From Rhodosorus marinus CCMP1338 (taxonomy: Eukaryota; Plantae; Rhodophyta): a DNA stretch of 64,000 nt. The translations under genes and the position numbers were made by a program. A model generated the notes under the pieces. That model made no database searches. It was not told the DNA's origin and saw only the letters and a program-made list of their open reading frames with translations. The stretch's first letter is position 1, and every line of letters starts with the position of its first letter. Shown in pieces: positions 12,471-26,285 of the stretch. The DNA lies in assembly GCA_029953675.1 (NCBI GenBank), contig JAMWBK010000004.1:310001-374000 (forward strand), in the 5' to 3' direction.

Positions 12471-13376
12471 ACTATCGCCCAATTCCTGATGTCCTTGAAA
12501 AAGAAAAAACATAGTCGTCCAACCCTAGAACATACGTTTTTCGAAATAATAAATTTATCTATTTAATTTTAATCGATTAATCATTTCGTATATACTATAT
12601 GATTGGATGAATATATTGCTTTAATTACAAATTATTTAGCTTTATATAACTTACTCTCCTCCTGGACCTCAACGGGCGCTTCGTTTGCTCACCATTGGTT
12701 GCCAATCCGTCTTCCTTGATTTCAAAACTCAGTACCATTCGCTAATAACGTATCATGTCCATTTTTACTACCTTATTTCAAATACCCTATTTACAGAAAC
12801 AATTAAATTTCACAAATCTCGCTGACACCAAATTATAATACAAGCGCTTACCCATATAAAAATATGATTCTGAAAGATCAAAAACTCTTCTCCTATGTAC
12901 TATTTATGCGTACTTATTTTTATATAGTGTAAATATTACATATTAATTGCTCACACGCATATGTCGTTTCTACTAATCAAAAATGTTTTAAGAGTCACAT
13001 ATAAATCAATCAAAAGATTACGGAAAACTCAATTCTATTCATTTCATACAAAATAATGTTTATTATTGACTGAATATTAGATCAATAAATGATGACACCT
13101 ATAGCACGTACTCGGGGCTGTTGCGTGTAGGAAAGCCGGGCGCAAGTTTCTATCTGTGTAAGGACCAAAGCAGATGGTATTGGTGAGCTGGATTGCTTGA
13201 GACTGAGCGACTTCTGAAAAGTTCTTGAAGGGTCTGAAAAGCTTTTCTATAGCTTTATTACATTATTTTCATAGAAAGGAAGTGTATGTTTGCGACGATG
13301 TTAAACTAGAGTGGTGTTTTGTTCTTATTGAAAGTTTTCTTTGGCTGGTTTCGGAACGGTGGGCAGGCGCGTCAGG

Positions 13377-15797
13377 ATGATTGGGTTCATTGTTGGAGGC
13401 TCTGCTTCTGGATTTGGGCGCAGAATCGGCCAGAGTAATGTAATATGTGGTATCGTCGGTGGAGATCTAAGGACGGATTCGTCTGCGGCGGTGAGTTTTG
13501 ACGTCGACCAGGGGTCAGTTCCGAGCTCGGGGAGGGTTCTGTTTGTTCCGGCGATTGGAGCTAGTGGAAGGGATTTGAAGAGGGCTATAAGAGGAATTAA
13601 GGATGCTGAAGTGGTCAGATGGAGACAAGAGAGCGAAGAGAAGGATTTGAAGGAACTCGTAACGGATGTTTTGGAGGGCAGGAAGGGAAGCAAGTGGACA
13701 GTTGTAGCCGAGTCGACAGGAGGAACGTTGGCGCTTATGATGGCATCTAAAGGGAGGGAGGAGATCGAAAAACTTGTTCTTGTAAATCCAGTGACATCTC
13801 CGAGATCTGAAATCGCTAAAATAGCGGCCCGGGCTCCCGCTCCGCTGCAGAGGATCTTCTCCGCTATCGGTACGAGCTGCAGCCCAGCTTCTTCGGGACA
13901 GCCCATCCACCTGTTTCTAGAAGCTAACAGGGCGTCTCAAATATCTTTTGAAACAGGTCCGATGTCATCCACATCAATGAAAACGGTCAGCAGTTCAAAT
14001 ATCTCGTTCGCGGACTCGCAACTCTCGAACATCAAAGTCCCCGTGACTATCGTCGTTTCCGAAGACGATATCCTACAGCCTTCCTACGCAGAATCTGAGC
14101 GGCTCCTGAACCTAATACCACAGGCCGTTCGATGCGTACTGCCTTCCGGTGGCCACTTTCTGCTATCAGAGAACAGAATCCTACTGAGCCAGATTCTTCT
14201 CAAGTCACAACACATCTTCAATTCTGCAAAAATTCCTCATGTAAGATCTCCTTCAGCTTCAAGCTAGCTTACGATCTAGATATCCAGCCAGGGCAATACG
14301 TGGTTAGTTAGATCACAGGCCAGCTCACTCTTCGGACTGAAAGAGACTACCATGTCGATGCTCGGCAAACTTGTCTGTTGTGGTTCTCTCTTCAGATTTG
14401 CTCGGACTGTCCTTCAGCACGTATCGGAGCGATTCGCCACCTGCGACTACATTTGACAGATCGGCCCTGTGCCCAGGATCTCTGAACTAAGCCTATCTCG
14501 GGGTTTGTTTATGGAAAACTATAGCTAACAGAAAACTTGTTACTTCTCGTGGTATGCACAGCAGCGAGCTGATTTTGACGATGTATCTGACATCGACCCC
14601 AAGGCGTTGGAGAATGCTCGGTCTCGAGTCAAGTTCTTGAAGAGGATGGTGTCTCCTGTGATCATTGGCGCGAACCGAGTACCAAACTTGTTCCCTGGAG
14701 ACAAGCCAATCTTGTTCGTCGGAAATCATACGCTCTACGGACTGTTCGACTTGCCGTTCTTTGTTGATCATTTTTTGAAGGAGAGGTCAATCCTTGTAAG
14801 GGGACTTGCGCATCCGCTCGTGTTTCTTAGCGATGTAAGCGTGTTGCCCATGGTCCAGCGGCTGATATCCACAGCACGAAAGGCACAATTGAACTGACCG
14901 AGTTGTCGGCTATGACCGCGGTTACAGAGGCAGGGCAAAAAGGACAGTGAGAAGGAAAACAGCTTTTCGTTTGAGGACTTTGGAGCGGTGCAAGTTTCGC
15001 CGAGGAACTTCTACGCTTTGATGAAAGAGAAGAAATGGGTCCTGCTGTTTCCCGGTGGTATCCGCGAAGCTCATCACCGAAAGGACGAGAAGTATAAGAC
15101 CATATGGCCAGAGGAACAAGAGTTTGTTCGCACCGCTGCCAAGTTTGGAGCGCTCATCGTCCCCTTCGCATCCGTCGGTTCAGAGTAAGTAGGGAACCAA
15201 TCGGTTAGTGCTTAGAATCTTGAACGATGTGCTTGGACGGAACACTGACGCTTGGCTGTCTCGTACGGCTCCACAGTGACAATTTCGAAATGCTGATGGA
15301 CGGAAATGACTTGGTGAACATTCCACAAGTTGCAAACTGGTTGAAGGAGAAGGCACCGGTCGAGAATGCTCGCTCTTGGAAGCAGGATGACGATGAAAAA
15401 AAGAGCCTGCTTCCACCTCTCTCAAGACCACGTCCGCCTTCACGCCTGTACACCCGGTTCGGACATCCTATCAACTTGGCTGATGTGGACTACAGGGACA
15501 AACAACTGTGCCAGGATATCTATCAAAAAGTAAGGAGAAATCGAACAGAAGCAGAAGCGTTGTGGTTGATGGCGATCACCGGAATGCTCAAGTCATAGCC
15601 TTTGTCTCCACATTCGATAGGTACGCAGTGGTGTAGAGACCCTGATTGAACAGCAGCTGGAGGCTCGAGAGCGAGATAGGTATGGAGACTTGGCGAGGAG
15701 GTTGGCTTTCGAAACGCTAAACGAAGCACCAGCTCCAACCGACCTTCAATGGTCGATTCGCGGAAGTTACATCCCTGCAGAAGATCTACCAAACTAA
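13377..15797 (+). CDS. Phytyl ester synthase / ELT-family alpha/beta-hydrolase plus DGAT-like acyltransferase, probably plastid-targeted, multi-exon
   Basis: Hydrolase half: AESTGG nucleophile elbow, EDDILQPS, GGHFLL. Acyltransferase half: ILFVGNHTLYGLFD, VRGLAHP, LLFPGGIREA, VPFASVG. MIGF leader. Last exon ends ...AEDLPN* at 15797. Confidence 0.85.
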
Positions 15798-16150
15798 TTC
15801 TCAACGCCAGGTAGCGGGCTCGGAGGAGAGTCGGGGGACCCACGATGGGGGATAATCACTCGGTGCACAGCCCTGACAAACCCGCGTGTCTTGTTCTCAC
15901 CCCAATAGCGGCTTGGCGAACAAACCTTCGATCAAACTTGACTTTTCTTGTTCCGGAATCTGCTAGAGTGAGAAGAAAAGTCCTCTTCATCTGCGGAAGG
16001 AAATTATGTAGCTTCCACCCAAACGTGTGTTATTTCTATGTACAGTGAAAATCAAAAATTGAAGACATGTAGTACGCTTCTAGGCAAATGCACCAACAAG
16101 AAGGAAAAAGCGGAGCCTTCTCAGAGAGCGAGAAGAGGCCATCGCTTGCA

Positions 16151-17849
<1,699 letters not shown>

Positions 17850-18519
17850 GCGACTCGAAAATATATATTACAACAAAAAGAATAGGCAAAAAGAGCCCTA
17901 TACAAAAATATCCATCTGCTGGAAACTACTTAAGAAGAAGACGTATCCTCTCTCGGCTCCCAATACGTCTAAGATCCCTCCAAATCACAATCAACCAAAA
18001 AATCCCCTTCGCCTTCCCAACAAAGAAGAATCCACAAACTCCTTAAGATCTGTGATCCATCAATCTAAGATCCCAACTCTCACCCCAGTCCGACCCCCAC
18101 AAAAAACCGCAACACCACCAACAAATCACTCCGCTCAGAGTAAAAAATATCCTACCTTACCTCCCTTCCTCATCTCCTAATCCAATGCTCACAATTCCAA
18201 TCCTTCCTTGATGTTCATATACCTTCCCCTCCATCCCCCACATACCAAACAGATATATCCTCATAAACATAAACCTCTCCCCCCCTCCCCGGCCCGCAAA
18301 ATACACACCCTTTCACTTGCCCACTGAATACTCTAATATCATGTTAACCAAAACAGAAAACCACTATCATCGTCCACAGACAAAACATAATATATATACC
18401 AAAATTCCCCACCCCCTCCCCGCCCGCTTCGTGCACACCCGAAAGTATCCTCCCACCTCTCCCACCTTCAATCCACATCTCTCTCTCCTCTCTCTCCGCT
18501 CTCTCTCTCCGTCTTAATT

Positions 18520-19046
18520 GTGTTGTCATGGCCGTCCGATAAATTTTCCACGTGGAATAGACTATTGAAAAACAGTATACAAAATCATGTATCTGATTGA
18601 AACTCTTCCCAAAAACAGGTCCGATTGTCCGTCCGATAAATGGGTCCTATAAATCGTCCGATATTCAATCAACGTTAGTCTAATAATCAATCATCTCCGG
18701 TAAAGGTATTGAATCATGATTACTTCTTGGTATGACAAGCTGTCCTTATCATGAAATGAATCATGGTTACTTCTGAGCTGGACAGGCTGTCATAGCATTG
18801 GTTGAGCAGCCCAAAAAAATCCACCCTTGGGATCCCAACGAAAAAAGGTAACTGTACCCTGGCAGTATTGATGAAAAATAAACCCTAATCGAGTCAGCAA
18901 AACGACCGTCCATGCCCCTGAAAAGCATGAAAAAATATTGAAAAATATCGGACGGGAATCGGTCGTTATCGGACCATTTATCGGACGAAGCCTATTGATT
19001 TTCTTTTATAATTAAGGTCTATAAATTAATATCGGACAGGTGATTT
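18520..19046. mobile_element. MITE-like non-coding element with mirrored subterminal GTCCGAT/ATCGGAC arrays
   Basis: GTCCGAT at 18534, 18619, 18631 and 18656; ATCGGAC at 18947, 18968, 18980 and 19031. The block cgtccgataaatgg recurs in inverted form. No ORF, and no TSD or clean TIR found. Confidence 0.5.
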
Positions 19047-19308
19047 TGTCACGTCATGACATGACACATGGCTAAACAGTCGGTGAACTAAAAATAACTC
19101 CTCACGGGTACAAATCAGGAACGGGTACTAACCTGCGGACAAATCAGCACCTCGGAGTACCAGAAATAGAATTACAGTAGGCTTGATCATGGGAATCTAG
19201 ACTATAAATATGGAAGTGTTCCGCATTCCAGCTCGGAACTAGCGAGAGAGAGAAAAAAGGTATCCAAGATAAGAAAAAGCATTTTGGATCAAAGACACAC
19301 GTTAACGG
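19047..19308 (+). mobile_element. LTR-like arm (inverted homolog of 19808-20077)
   Basis: Starts TGTCACG with TATAAATA at 19203-19210. Collinear blocks match the reverse complement of 19808-20077. Confidence 0.7.
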
Positions 19309-19807
19309 GAAACGCGCCCTCTCAACGAACCACTCACACGCGGATCGTGCTCCGTAGACCATGTATGAAGCGCATTGGCCCACGAACTCACCACAGCCGC
19401 CGGCTGGACCGCCGCATAAGATCCCACGGCCAGCCCGCCCCACCGCACGGGCAACGTGATCTGCCGGTGAAGGATGCCTTTTCTGCGTCCCCCAAGCAGA
19501 TTGCTCAGCATCCATCAGCACGCCTAGCACGTCCCTCGCTCGTTGGTCAGCGCGAGCCGCTAGCCAAGACCCCCATTCGGACGGTAGCTGCCGCAAAAAA
19601 TAGGTCAGTCTCTGGTACGCGCTGAACCGGAAGATGAGCAGAGCGGTCTGGAGGTACCCTTCTGGGAGACCGCACAGCTCAGTCAGGAGCTCATCGTGGT
19701 GACTCAGTAGCGCGGAGAGGGTGCGTTCGACAAATATCGGGGTGCCCACGGGGACACCGAACAGAATGAAGCCCTCAGCGCGACAAATGTCTCGAAACCT
19801 GGATGGA
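19309..19807 (-). mobile_element. Fragment of a CRE-like non-LTR retrotransposon RT C-terminal region (frameshifted)
   Basis: EGFILFGVPVGTPIFV...LQTALLIFRFSAYQRLTYFLRQLP...AARADQ, then in a shifted frame QITLPVRWGGLAVGS..AA.VSSW. This matches the G.PIG / LLR...RL.Y.LR / LP.R.GGLG pattern of CRE-clade RTs. Confidence 0.65.
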
Positions 19808-20077
19808 CCGCTAACCTATGTCTTTCATCCAAAATACTTTTTTCAATTATTTAGTTTTTATATGTTTTCCTTATGTTGGATACCTTTTCTCTCGCTCATC
19901 CAGGTCTAGATGCCGAATACCTCCGTATTTATAGTTTCCCATGACCAATCCTACTTATGCTTCTGATTTGTTTGCGGTTTGTGTTGTAGTCATTCCTGAT
20001 CTGTACCCATTTTGGTACTCTGGGTATAGATTTGTCTCCAGTTGTTTTGTCACCATGTGTCATGTCAGGTCGTGACA
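19808..20077 (-). mobile_element. 3' LTR start of the chromovirus
   Basis: On the minus strand TGTCACGAC begins directly after a polypurine tract that follows the chromodomain ORF. TATAAATA at 19933-19926. Confidence 0.75.
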
Positions 20078-20089
20078 TCTCTTCCCACC
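20078..20089 (-). promoter_or_regulatory. Polypurine tract (GGTGGGAAGAGA) of the LTR retrotransposon
   Basis: Purine-rich run abutting TGTCAC, downstream of the integrase-chromodomain. Confidence 0.7.
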
Positions 20090-20154
20090 GAAGGAGAGAG
20101 CTTGCGGGTTGAAGAAGGAGCTTCGTGAAGGTTCTCATAATACCGAATTTGTCG

Positions 20155-23100
20155 TCAAGGTATTCTGGTTCTGCGGTAATGGTGATATGGTAACCATCGT
20201 AAATCGTCGGTAGCTTCGCCCTCCAGATAGACAAAATATTCGTTCAACTGCTCAGCATTTAGTCGATGCCTTAAGACTGACTCCACTTCGCGTTGTTGGG
20301 TGTTTGGTAGGAGTACCCTTGTCACGTCGGTCGTTTCTTGATCGGGTCCGTTAGACTTACGTAGAAGCGACACGTGAAAAACGTCATGGATTCGATGATT
20401 CCCTCCGAGCTCCAGTTGATACGCAACTTTCGCCAATTTTGCATAGAATTTTGATGGGCCCAACATATCTGGGCCGAAAAACTTTTGAAGCTGGGCGTTG
20501 GAGACTTCGAGTGATAATAACACGTATTGGCCTAGTCTGAAGTGCGGGTCCTTTTTTCCACGATCATACTAGAGGCGTTGTCTTTCTTGGGCGTAACGTA
20601 GATTGGCGCGGGCTAGGGTTTGTTGGACTCGTTGCCGTTGTAGCATGAGAATTGCGGCTTCAGGTAGCGGAGAGGTAATGCTATTGAGCGCCGGGATCTT
20701 GAGGTCGTACGGTACTGTCGGGTTCGTCCCGTATAGTAATTCGAATGGTGAGAAGTTGGTAGATTCGGAAATTTGGCGGTTGTATGCCAATTCTGCCACA
20801 GGCAGGTCAGCTGCCCAATCTGCTGTCGTTGAATTACATCTTAGGTACGTCTCCAACGTCTGGTTCATTCGTTCAGTTTGACCATCGGTCTGGGGATGGT
20901 ATGCTGTGCTCAGTATTTTGTTCACTCCTAAGAACTGCATCAGCTGTTGCCAAAGGAGACTCGTGAAGCGTGGGTCTCTATCTGATACAATATCCTCAGG
21001 CACTCCCGCGAATGAAAACCAATGACGTAAGAAAAGCTTCGCAGTTTCGTGCGCAGTCGCCGTTGCTGTTGTTGGGATGAAAGGCGCGTACTTCGTGAGA
21101 CGGTCCACGAGGACCAAGACCGAATCGAAACCGTCCCTGGTTGTTGGTAAGCTTACAATGAAATCCATGGAGACCGCGTTAAATTTGCCGTCAGGTACTG
21201 GCAATGGCTGCAATTTTCCTGCTGAGTGTCGCCGGGGCTTCTGCCGTTGACATATTTCGCAAGGTCGTAAGAAGTTTTCCACGTCTCGTCTCAACCCTGA
21301 CCAGTACTACTTTCTCTTAATCAGGTTCCGAGTCTTTGTAATTCCAAAAGGTCCTCCCGTTGGTTCCTCATGATGAATTCGAAGTAGATCCGAAATCATG
21401 GCTTCCGGAATACATATCCGATTATGTATGTATTGAATATCGCTGCGTTTGTTGAACCCTTGCTGTCTACATCCTTCCAGGTGCTGAAAGATCTCGTTGA
21501 ACTGTGCGTCTTGTAGGTATGCTTGTTGCCATTGCGGGCCGCTGATAACCGAGGAGACCGTCAGCTGTTGAATGGCATGCCGGCTTAAGGCATCAGCAAT
21601 ATTTTCTGTTCCCTTCTTGTATTCGACTGTAAACAAAAATGGCATGAACCTGTTGATGTAGCGTGCCTGCCGTTAAGCTCCCGTTGAGAGGGGAGAAAAC
21701 GTAACGGATTATGGTCAGTCCGCACGATGAATAGGTTTCCTCCGAGGTACGTGTGCCAATGTAGCACGGCCAGGTTCAAAGCAAATAATTCTTGCTCATA
21801 CGTTGAATATCTCTGTTCGGTCAGAGCGAACTTTCGGGAGAAATAGGCAATTGGGTGCCTCCATCGTCGAACTTTTGCAATAGCACAGCACCTGCCCCTG
21901 CCTGTTGCTGGCGTCGGTGCAGACGACGAATGTCTTCTCGAAATCCGGATTGCGTAAAACTGGGTCCTTCGATAGTTCCGCCCGTAACTTGTAGAATGCT
22001 TGCTGCTGCTGTGGCCCCCATTGGAATTTACTATTCTTCTTCGTCAGCTCTGTTAATGGTGCAATTAAGCTGAAATCGGGCACATAGTTCCGTATATACC
22101 CCGTGAAGCCTAGGAATGCGCGGATGTCGTGCATATCCCCTGGGGTTTTCCACTTTAACAAGGGCGGCAAGTTTCGCCGGGTCTGGTCTGTGTACTCCAC
22201 TTCCGACGAGGTGACCCAGGTACTTCGTTTCTGGTACGCCAAATGCACATTTCGATTGTTTGCTGTACAATCTAGCCTCCCGTAATTTCGTGAACACGAT
22301 GTCGACATGTGTTCGGTGCGTCTCCAGGTTCGGCGAGTAAATTATGATGTCATCAAAGAAGATGGTCACAAAAACGCCCAACTCATCGAAGAAGAGTTGA
22401 TTCAGCAGTCTCGTAAAGACTGCCGGGGCATTTATGAGGCCAAACGGCACACAAGCCACTCATATAATCCGAACGGCGTTGTGAAAGCCGTCTTGGGAAT
22501 GTCCCTTTCCTCCGCTCTGAGTTGCCAATAGCCGCTCCTTAAGTCGATGACACTTAGGTATGAGGCGGTACCCAGCGCATCCAGGCAGTCATCAATCCTC
22601 GGAGGGCTCGTCTTATTCGGTGTCGTCTGTTGATTTAGCCGGCGGTAGTCGATACACAATCTTTTTCCATCATCTTTCTTACCCACGAACAGACAGGGTG
22701 ACGCGAATGGTGAGGAGCTCGGTCGAATCAGGTTTTTAGCCAATAGGTCCTGCAGCTGCAACTTCAATTCCTGCTTATCCACCGGGCTCATCTTATAGGG
22801 TCGTTGTGAGGTTGGTGTTGGTGTTGCTCCGGGTTTCAATTCAATGGCGAATTTCATCTTTCGCCAAGGGGGTAATGTCTTGATGTCAGTAGCGAAGACT
22901 GATTTATATTTTGCTGTTATCCAAGTCTCCAACTCTTCCGTCTCTTTCTGCCTTCCGGATGATTTTCTTGAGTCATTTTTTTCTGGTTCTTTTTCGGGTT
23001 TGTTTTCTTCAGGATAGGTTCTGGATCTTCAGGACACTCCTCTGGTTGTTTATGTTCAGGAGTCTCCTCTGGTTGTTTTTCCGGTTTGATTTCTTCAGGA

Positions 23101-23348
23101 TTCTTTTCTTCCCGATTCATAGTAGTCACGTCAGGGTATTCTACGGATTTATCAGGTTGCTCTTCGGGTTCGTTTTCAGGTTGTATTGTTGTTTTAGGCA
23201 ATTTGTCGCTTGGCTTTGTGTTGTTAAGATCAGGATCCGGTTGGGTAGGTCGGATGAAAAGTGGAATTTCTGAAACTTGTGAAAGGTAATATGGCATTTT
23301 GATCGCTACTCGATGTTCAATCAACGAACTGGCTGCGGATAAGTGCAT
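20155..23348 (-). mobile_element. Decayed Ty3/gypsy chromovirus pol (RT, RNase H, integrase, GPY/F, chromodomain) with multiple frameshifts; gag not seen
   Basis: RT: [51 protein letters not shown]. RNase H: VCTDAS, RTDHNPL. Integrase: HHEEPTGGPFG...CEICQ, SMDFI, IVSDRD, HPQTDGQTERMN. Chromo: EVESVLRHR..EYFV..G..DDLRW. The order RT-RH-IN is gypsy. Confidence 0.95.
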
Positions 23349-23476
23349 GTCCTCTTGAAGCTGAAAACTAACGACCCCGGGTGGGTGTCCTACGAGAAGT
23401 AGAGGAGAATCACAAGCGTATCATTACTAGCTCAACAGCACACGCTAACAACTAAAAAGGACTGGGACTCTGGCGC

Positions 23477-24099
23477 TGTAAGGCTGCCTTAGTTCTGGAG
23501 GTACCTGCTTTCGCCCTTTCCTAGCTTATCCTCTTTCGGGGACCTTAGCCTCCGCTTAAATCGTGGCATGGTAGGGTTGCCAGCATATGTCCGGTGCAGG
23601 TTTGATACGTAACCAGAGGGATAGTAGCTACGAAAGACGGAAACAACGTACTTTGGCGAGACATAGCCGAGGGGTGATCGAGGACGTGGAGGTTTGCGTG
23701 AAGTGAAGTGGTATGAACACGCTCCCACAACATACATCGTGGATCAAGTCTCGGGAACAAACATTCTGCGATCGGTGCGAAGGAAAGGGACCGTCAACAA
23801 AAACAATTTATTCAGAGCCTATCTATCTTGAGGGCGGAAAGGGAAACGCTGATGACGCGCGTCCAACAACAAAGCAACATTCGAACGCTAGAGCGTAAGA
23901 GACAGCTCCGTAGATAGTCAGGTAGTGGTCCCCCTACCCCTCCAGGTGGGATTGCCGCCTCCTCGCAAAGAACTTCCCGATCTGCATGGCTTATAATGGC
24001 ACCCTGGGTCAAGCCGCACTTTTAGAAAGACATGACGGTAGCAGCGTAGGTGAATGGGGAACGAATTCTGCTCAATATACACGGATAGCAGCGGTTACA
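23477..24099 (-). mobile_element. Possible LTR-like segment (TGTAA...TTACA ends), unrelated to the 3' LTR
   Basis: 623-bp non-coding stretch bounded by TGTAA/TTACA, with minus-strand AATAAA at 23812-23807. No PBS or TSD found. Confidence 0.3.
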
Positions 24100-24580
24100 T
24101 CCTAAGGAATATCCCGGAAGGCACCAGGTTCACCAGTATCCGAAACGTTTTACCGGTCTCCAGTTGTACAACTCCACGTAGTCATACATATGCAACTAAG
24201 GGGAGGGTGTTTTTGGAATCCGCACTCACATTCTCTGGGTAAAGGGTAGCGAATCGGTTCTCGATACTGTTCCATCTCAACCACTGACTACTCCGGCCCT
24301 TGCACCTGAAGAGCTGACATCGGACCTACTAGCAGGTTCCATCCATTTGTCCCATACAATATTTCCTTGCTCCGGTTTTGGGACAGACTGAAGCGACAGC
24401 TGTCCTAAAACTGTGAAATACTGGATTGAGATTTTCTAGGTCTTGGCTGAGGTGCGGTCATGTAGGTCGATGGCGGGTGATATCCCCCCTGCCCCGTGCT
24501 TGTGAGCTTGGAAAGGTAAGGCCTGAGCTGGTTCAGAGAGGTCTAGAAGCGCATATATCTTTCGAAAAGGTGTGCAAAAG

Positions 24581-25885
24581 ATGGGGTTCGGATTTGTTGG
24601 ATCTCTGTACTCTGACAGAACCGGAGCTGACTATTGTACGCCGCGCCGTCGGGCTGTATGTGTAGGTGTTTTTGTTTACTTCCCTTTTGATCTTCTCGAT
24701 GGGAATGGACGCTTGTGCTGATGAGCAGTAATGTCTACAAACAAACAGGTTGGCTCGACTGACAAACGGATTTGGGTTAAGCCAGCCAGTAAGGACGTGG
24801 TGACAGCTGCTGTTGAGAATGGAATTAGTACTTTGGTGTTCGCTGATGACAAGTCTGTTGAGGAGGCCGCTCAGCTCGTTAGAGTCTCTTTTGGGAGACT
24901 TGAGGATGGAGTTCTGTACTGTCCTGATGGGTATGAAAAGTTCCCGCTCTTTTCCCCCTCTCGTACGACGTTTCTGTTCGTACGAATTTCACAATCTGCT
25001 CTTTCCCGATGCATCCCCCTGTCCAGGAAGAGTGGTCCGGTCGTTCAGGTCGATTCCGCTGATTCTCAACAGAAGGCAATGGATCTCGCCGGAAAGGCTG
25101 ATCTCGTAGCGATCGTCGCCGATGACTGGCGAATTATCCCCGCCGAGAATTTGGTCGCAAAGTTTCAACCAACGAAGACTCAGGTGTTTGCCTTCGTAGG
25201 CACCGTGTTGGACGCTGAGGTGATGCTAACGACTCTGGAGGTTGGAGTGGACGGGGTAATTCTAGAGACAGGGGATCCCAACGAAGCACGGGCGCTTGGT
25301 AAACTCAGCACGTCATCCTCCAGTACCATCGAACTCACCGAGTTCGTGGTTACGTCCGTAAAGCCCATCGGAATGGGCGACCGAGTTTGTGTTGACACAT
25401 GCTCTCTTTTGGGAGAGAAGGAGGGAATGATGGTGGGAAGTTCATCACAGAGAATGGTCCTAGTCTTGAGCGAGGCGGCAAAGTCCGAATACGTCCCTTC
25501 TCGTCCTTTTCGGGTGAACGCAGGCACTGTGTCCGCGTACTGTATGCTACCTGGGGGCCGAACAAAGTACCTCGCAGAGCAAACCATGGGCAGCAGTGCG
25601 TTGGCTGTAAGTGCAGATGGAACAACAAGAGAAGTGGTCGTAGGACGATCGAAGATTGAAAGAAGACCTCTCATCCTTGTTGAGTTTTCTGAAAGCTCGT
25701 CTGAGTCAAACCGGACACACGGAGTCATTCTTCAGAACGCGGAGACCGTGCGGCTTGCTAGCCCCGATCAAGCTGAAGGGCTGTCTGTGACGAGCATGAA
25801 GCAGGGAGATAGGATCCTTGGAAGCGTGGATAACTCAGCACGGCATGTCGGGATGAAAATCAACGAGTCCATCCTTGAAACATAG
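24581..25885 (+). CDS. 3-dehydroquinate synthase II (archaeal-type AroB'-like), probably plastid-targeted; introns 24666-24728 and 24931-25026
   Basis: DWRIIPAENLVA, LEVGVDGVIL, GMGDRVCVDTCSLL, EGMMVGS, YVPSRPFRVNAG, GRSKIERRPL, LQNAETVRL, ARHVGMKINESILE. Leader MGFGFVG... Confidence 0.92.
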
Positions 25886-26285
25886 GCCTCTCCAAAGTGT
25901 TGCGTCCCGCGTTCACTTAACCCGCTCAAAGGACAAGTTGGCTACGCACAAGTCACTGCTTGGCGTCTCTTGGAGGGAATGGTAGATAGGACAAGGGATT
26001 AGCGTGAGAGCAACTGTGACAGGGTTAACTTTTGAATAGGTTTAGCTAGGGTTCGGCGGAGTGATCTGGATCACGGCTGCCTTTTTGGCCTACCACCAAA
26101 GCAGGAAAACGCTCCGAGGTATGATCCAAATAAGGGATTGCGTTAGCGAAGCCTTCGGGATGAAGCCGCCGCGGAGTCCTCTTTCCAGCGTTTTTGCTCG
26201 CCCTTTTTCCGCCCCTCGGCTTCGCTTGGGGCGCCGAGAATATTAATTTGAGAAATAAAACTGTTCACTCAAGTACACCCGTCCC

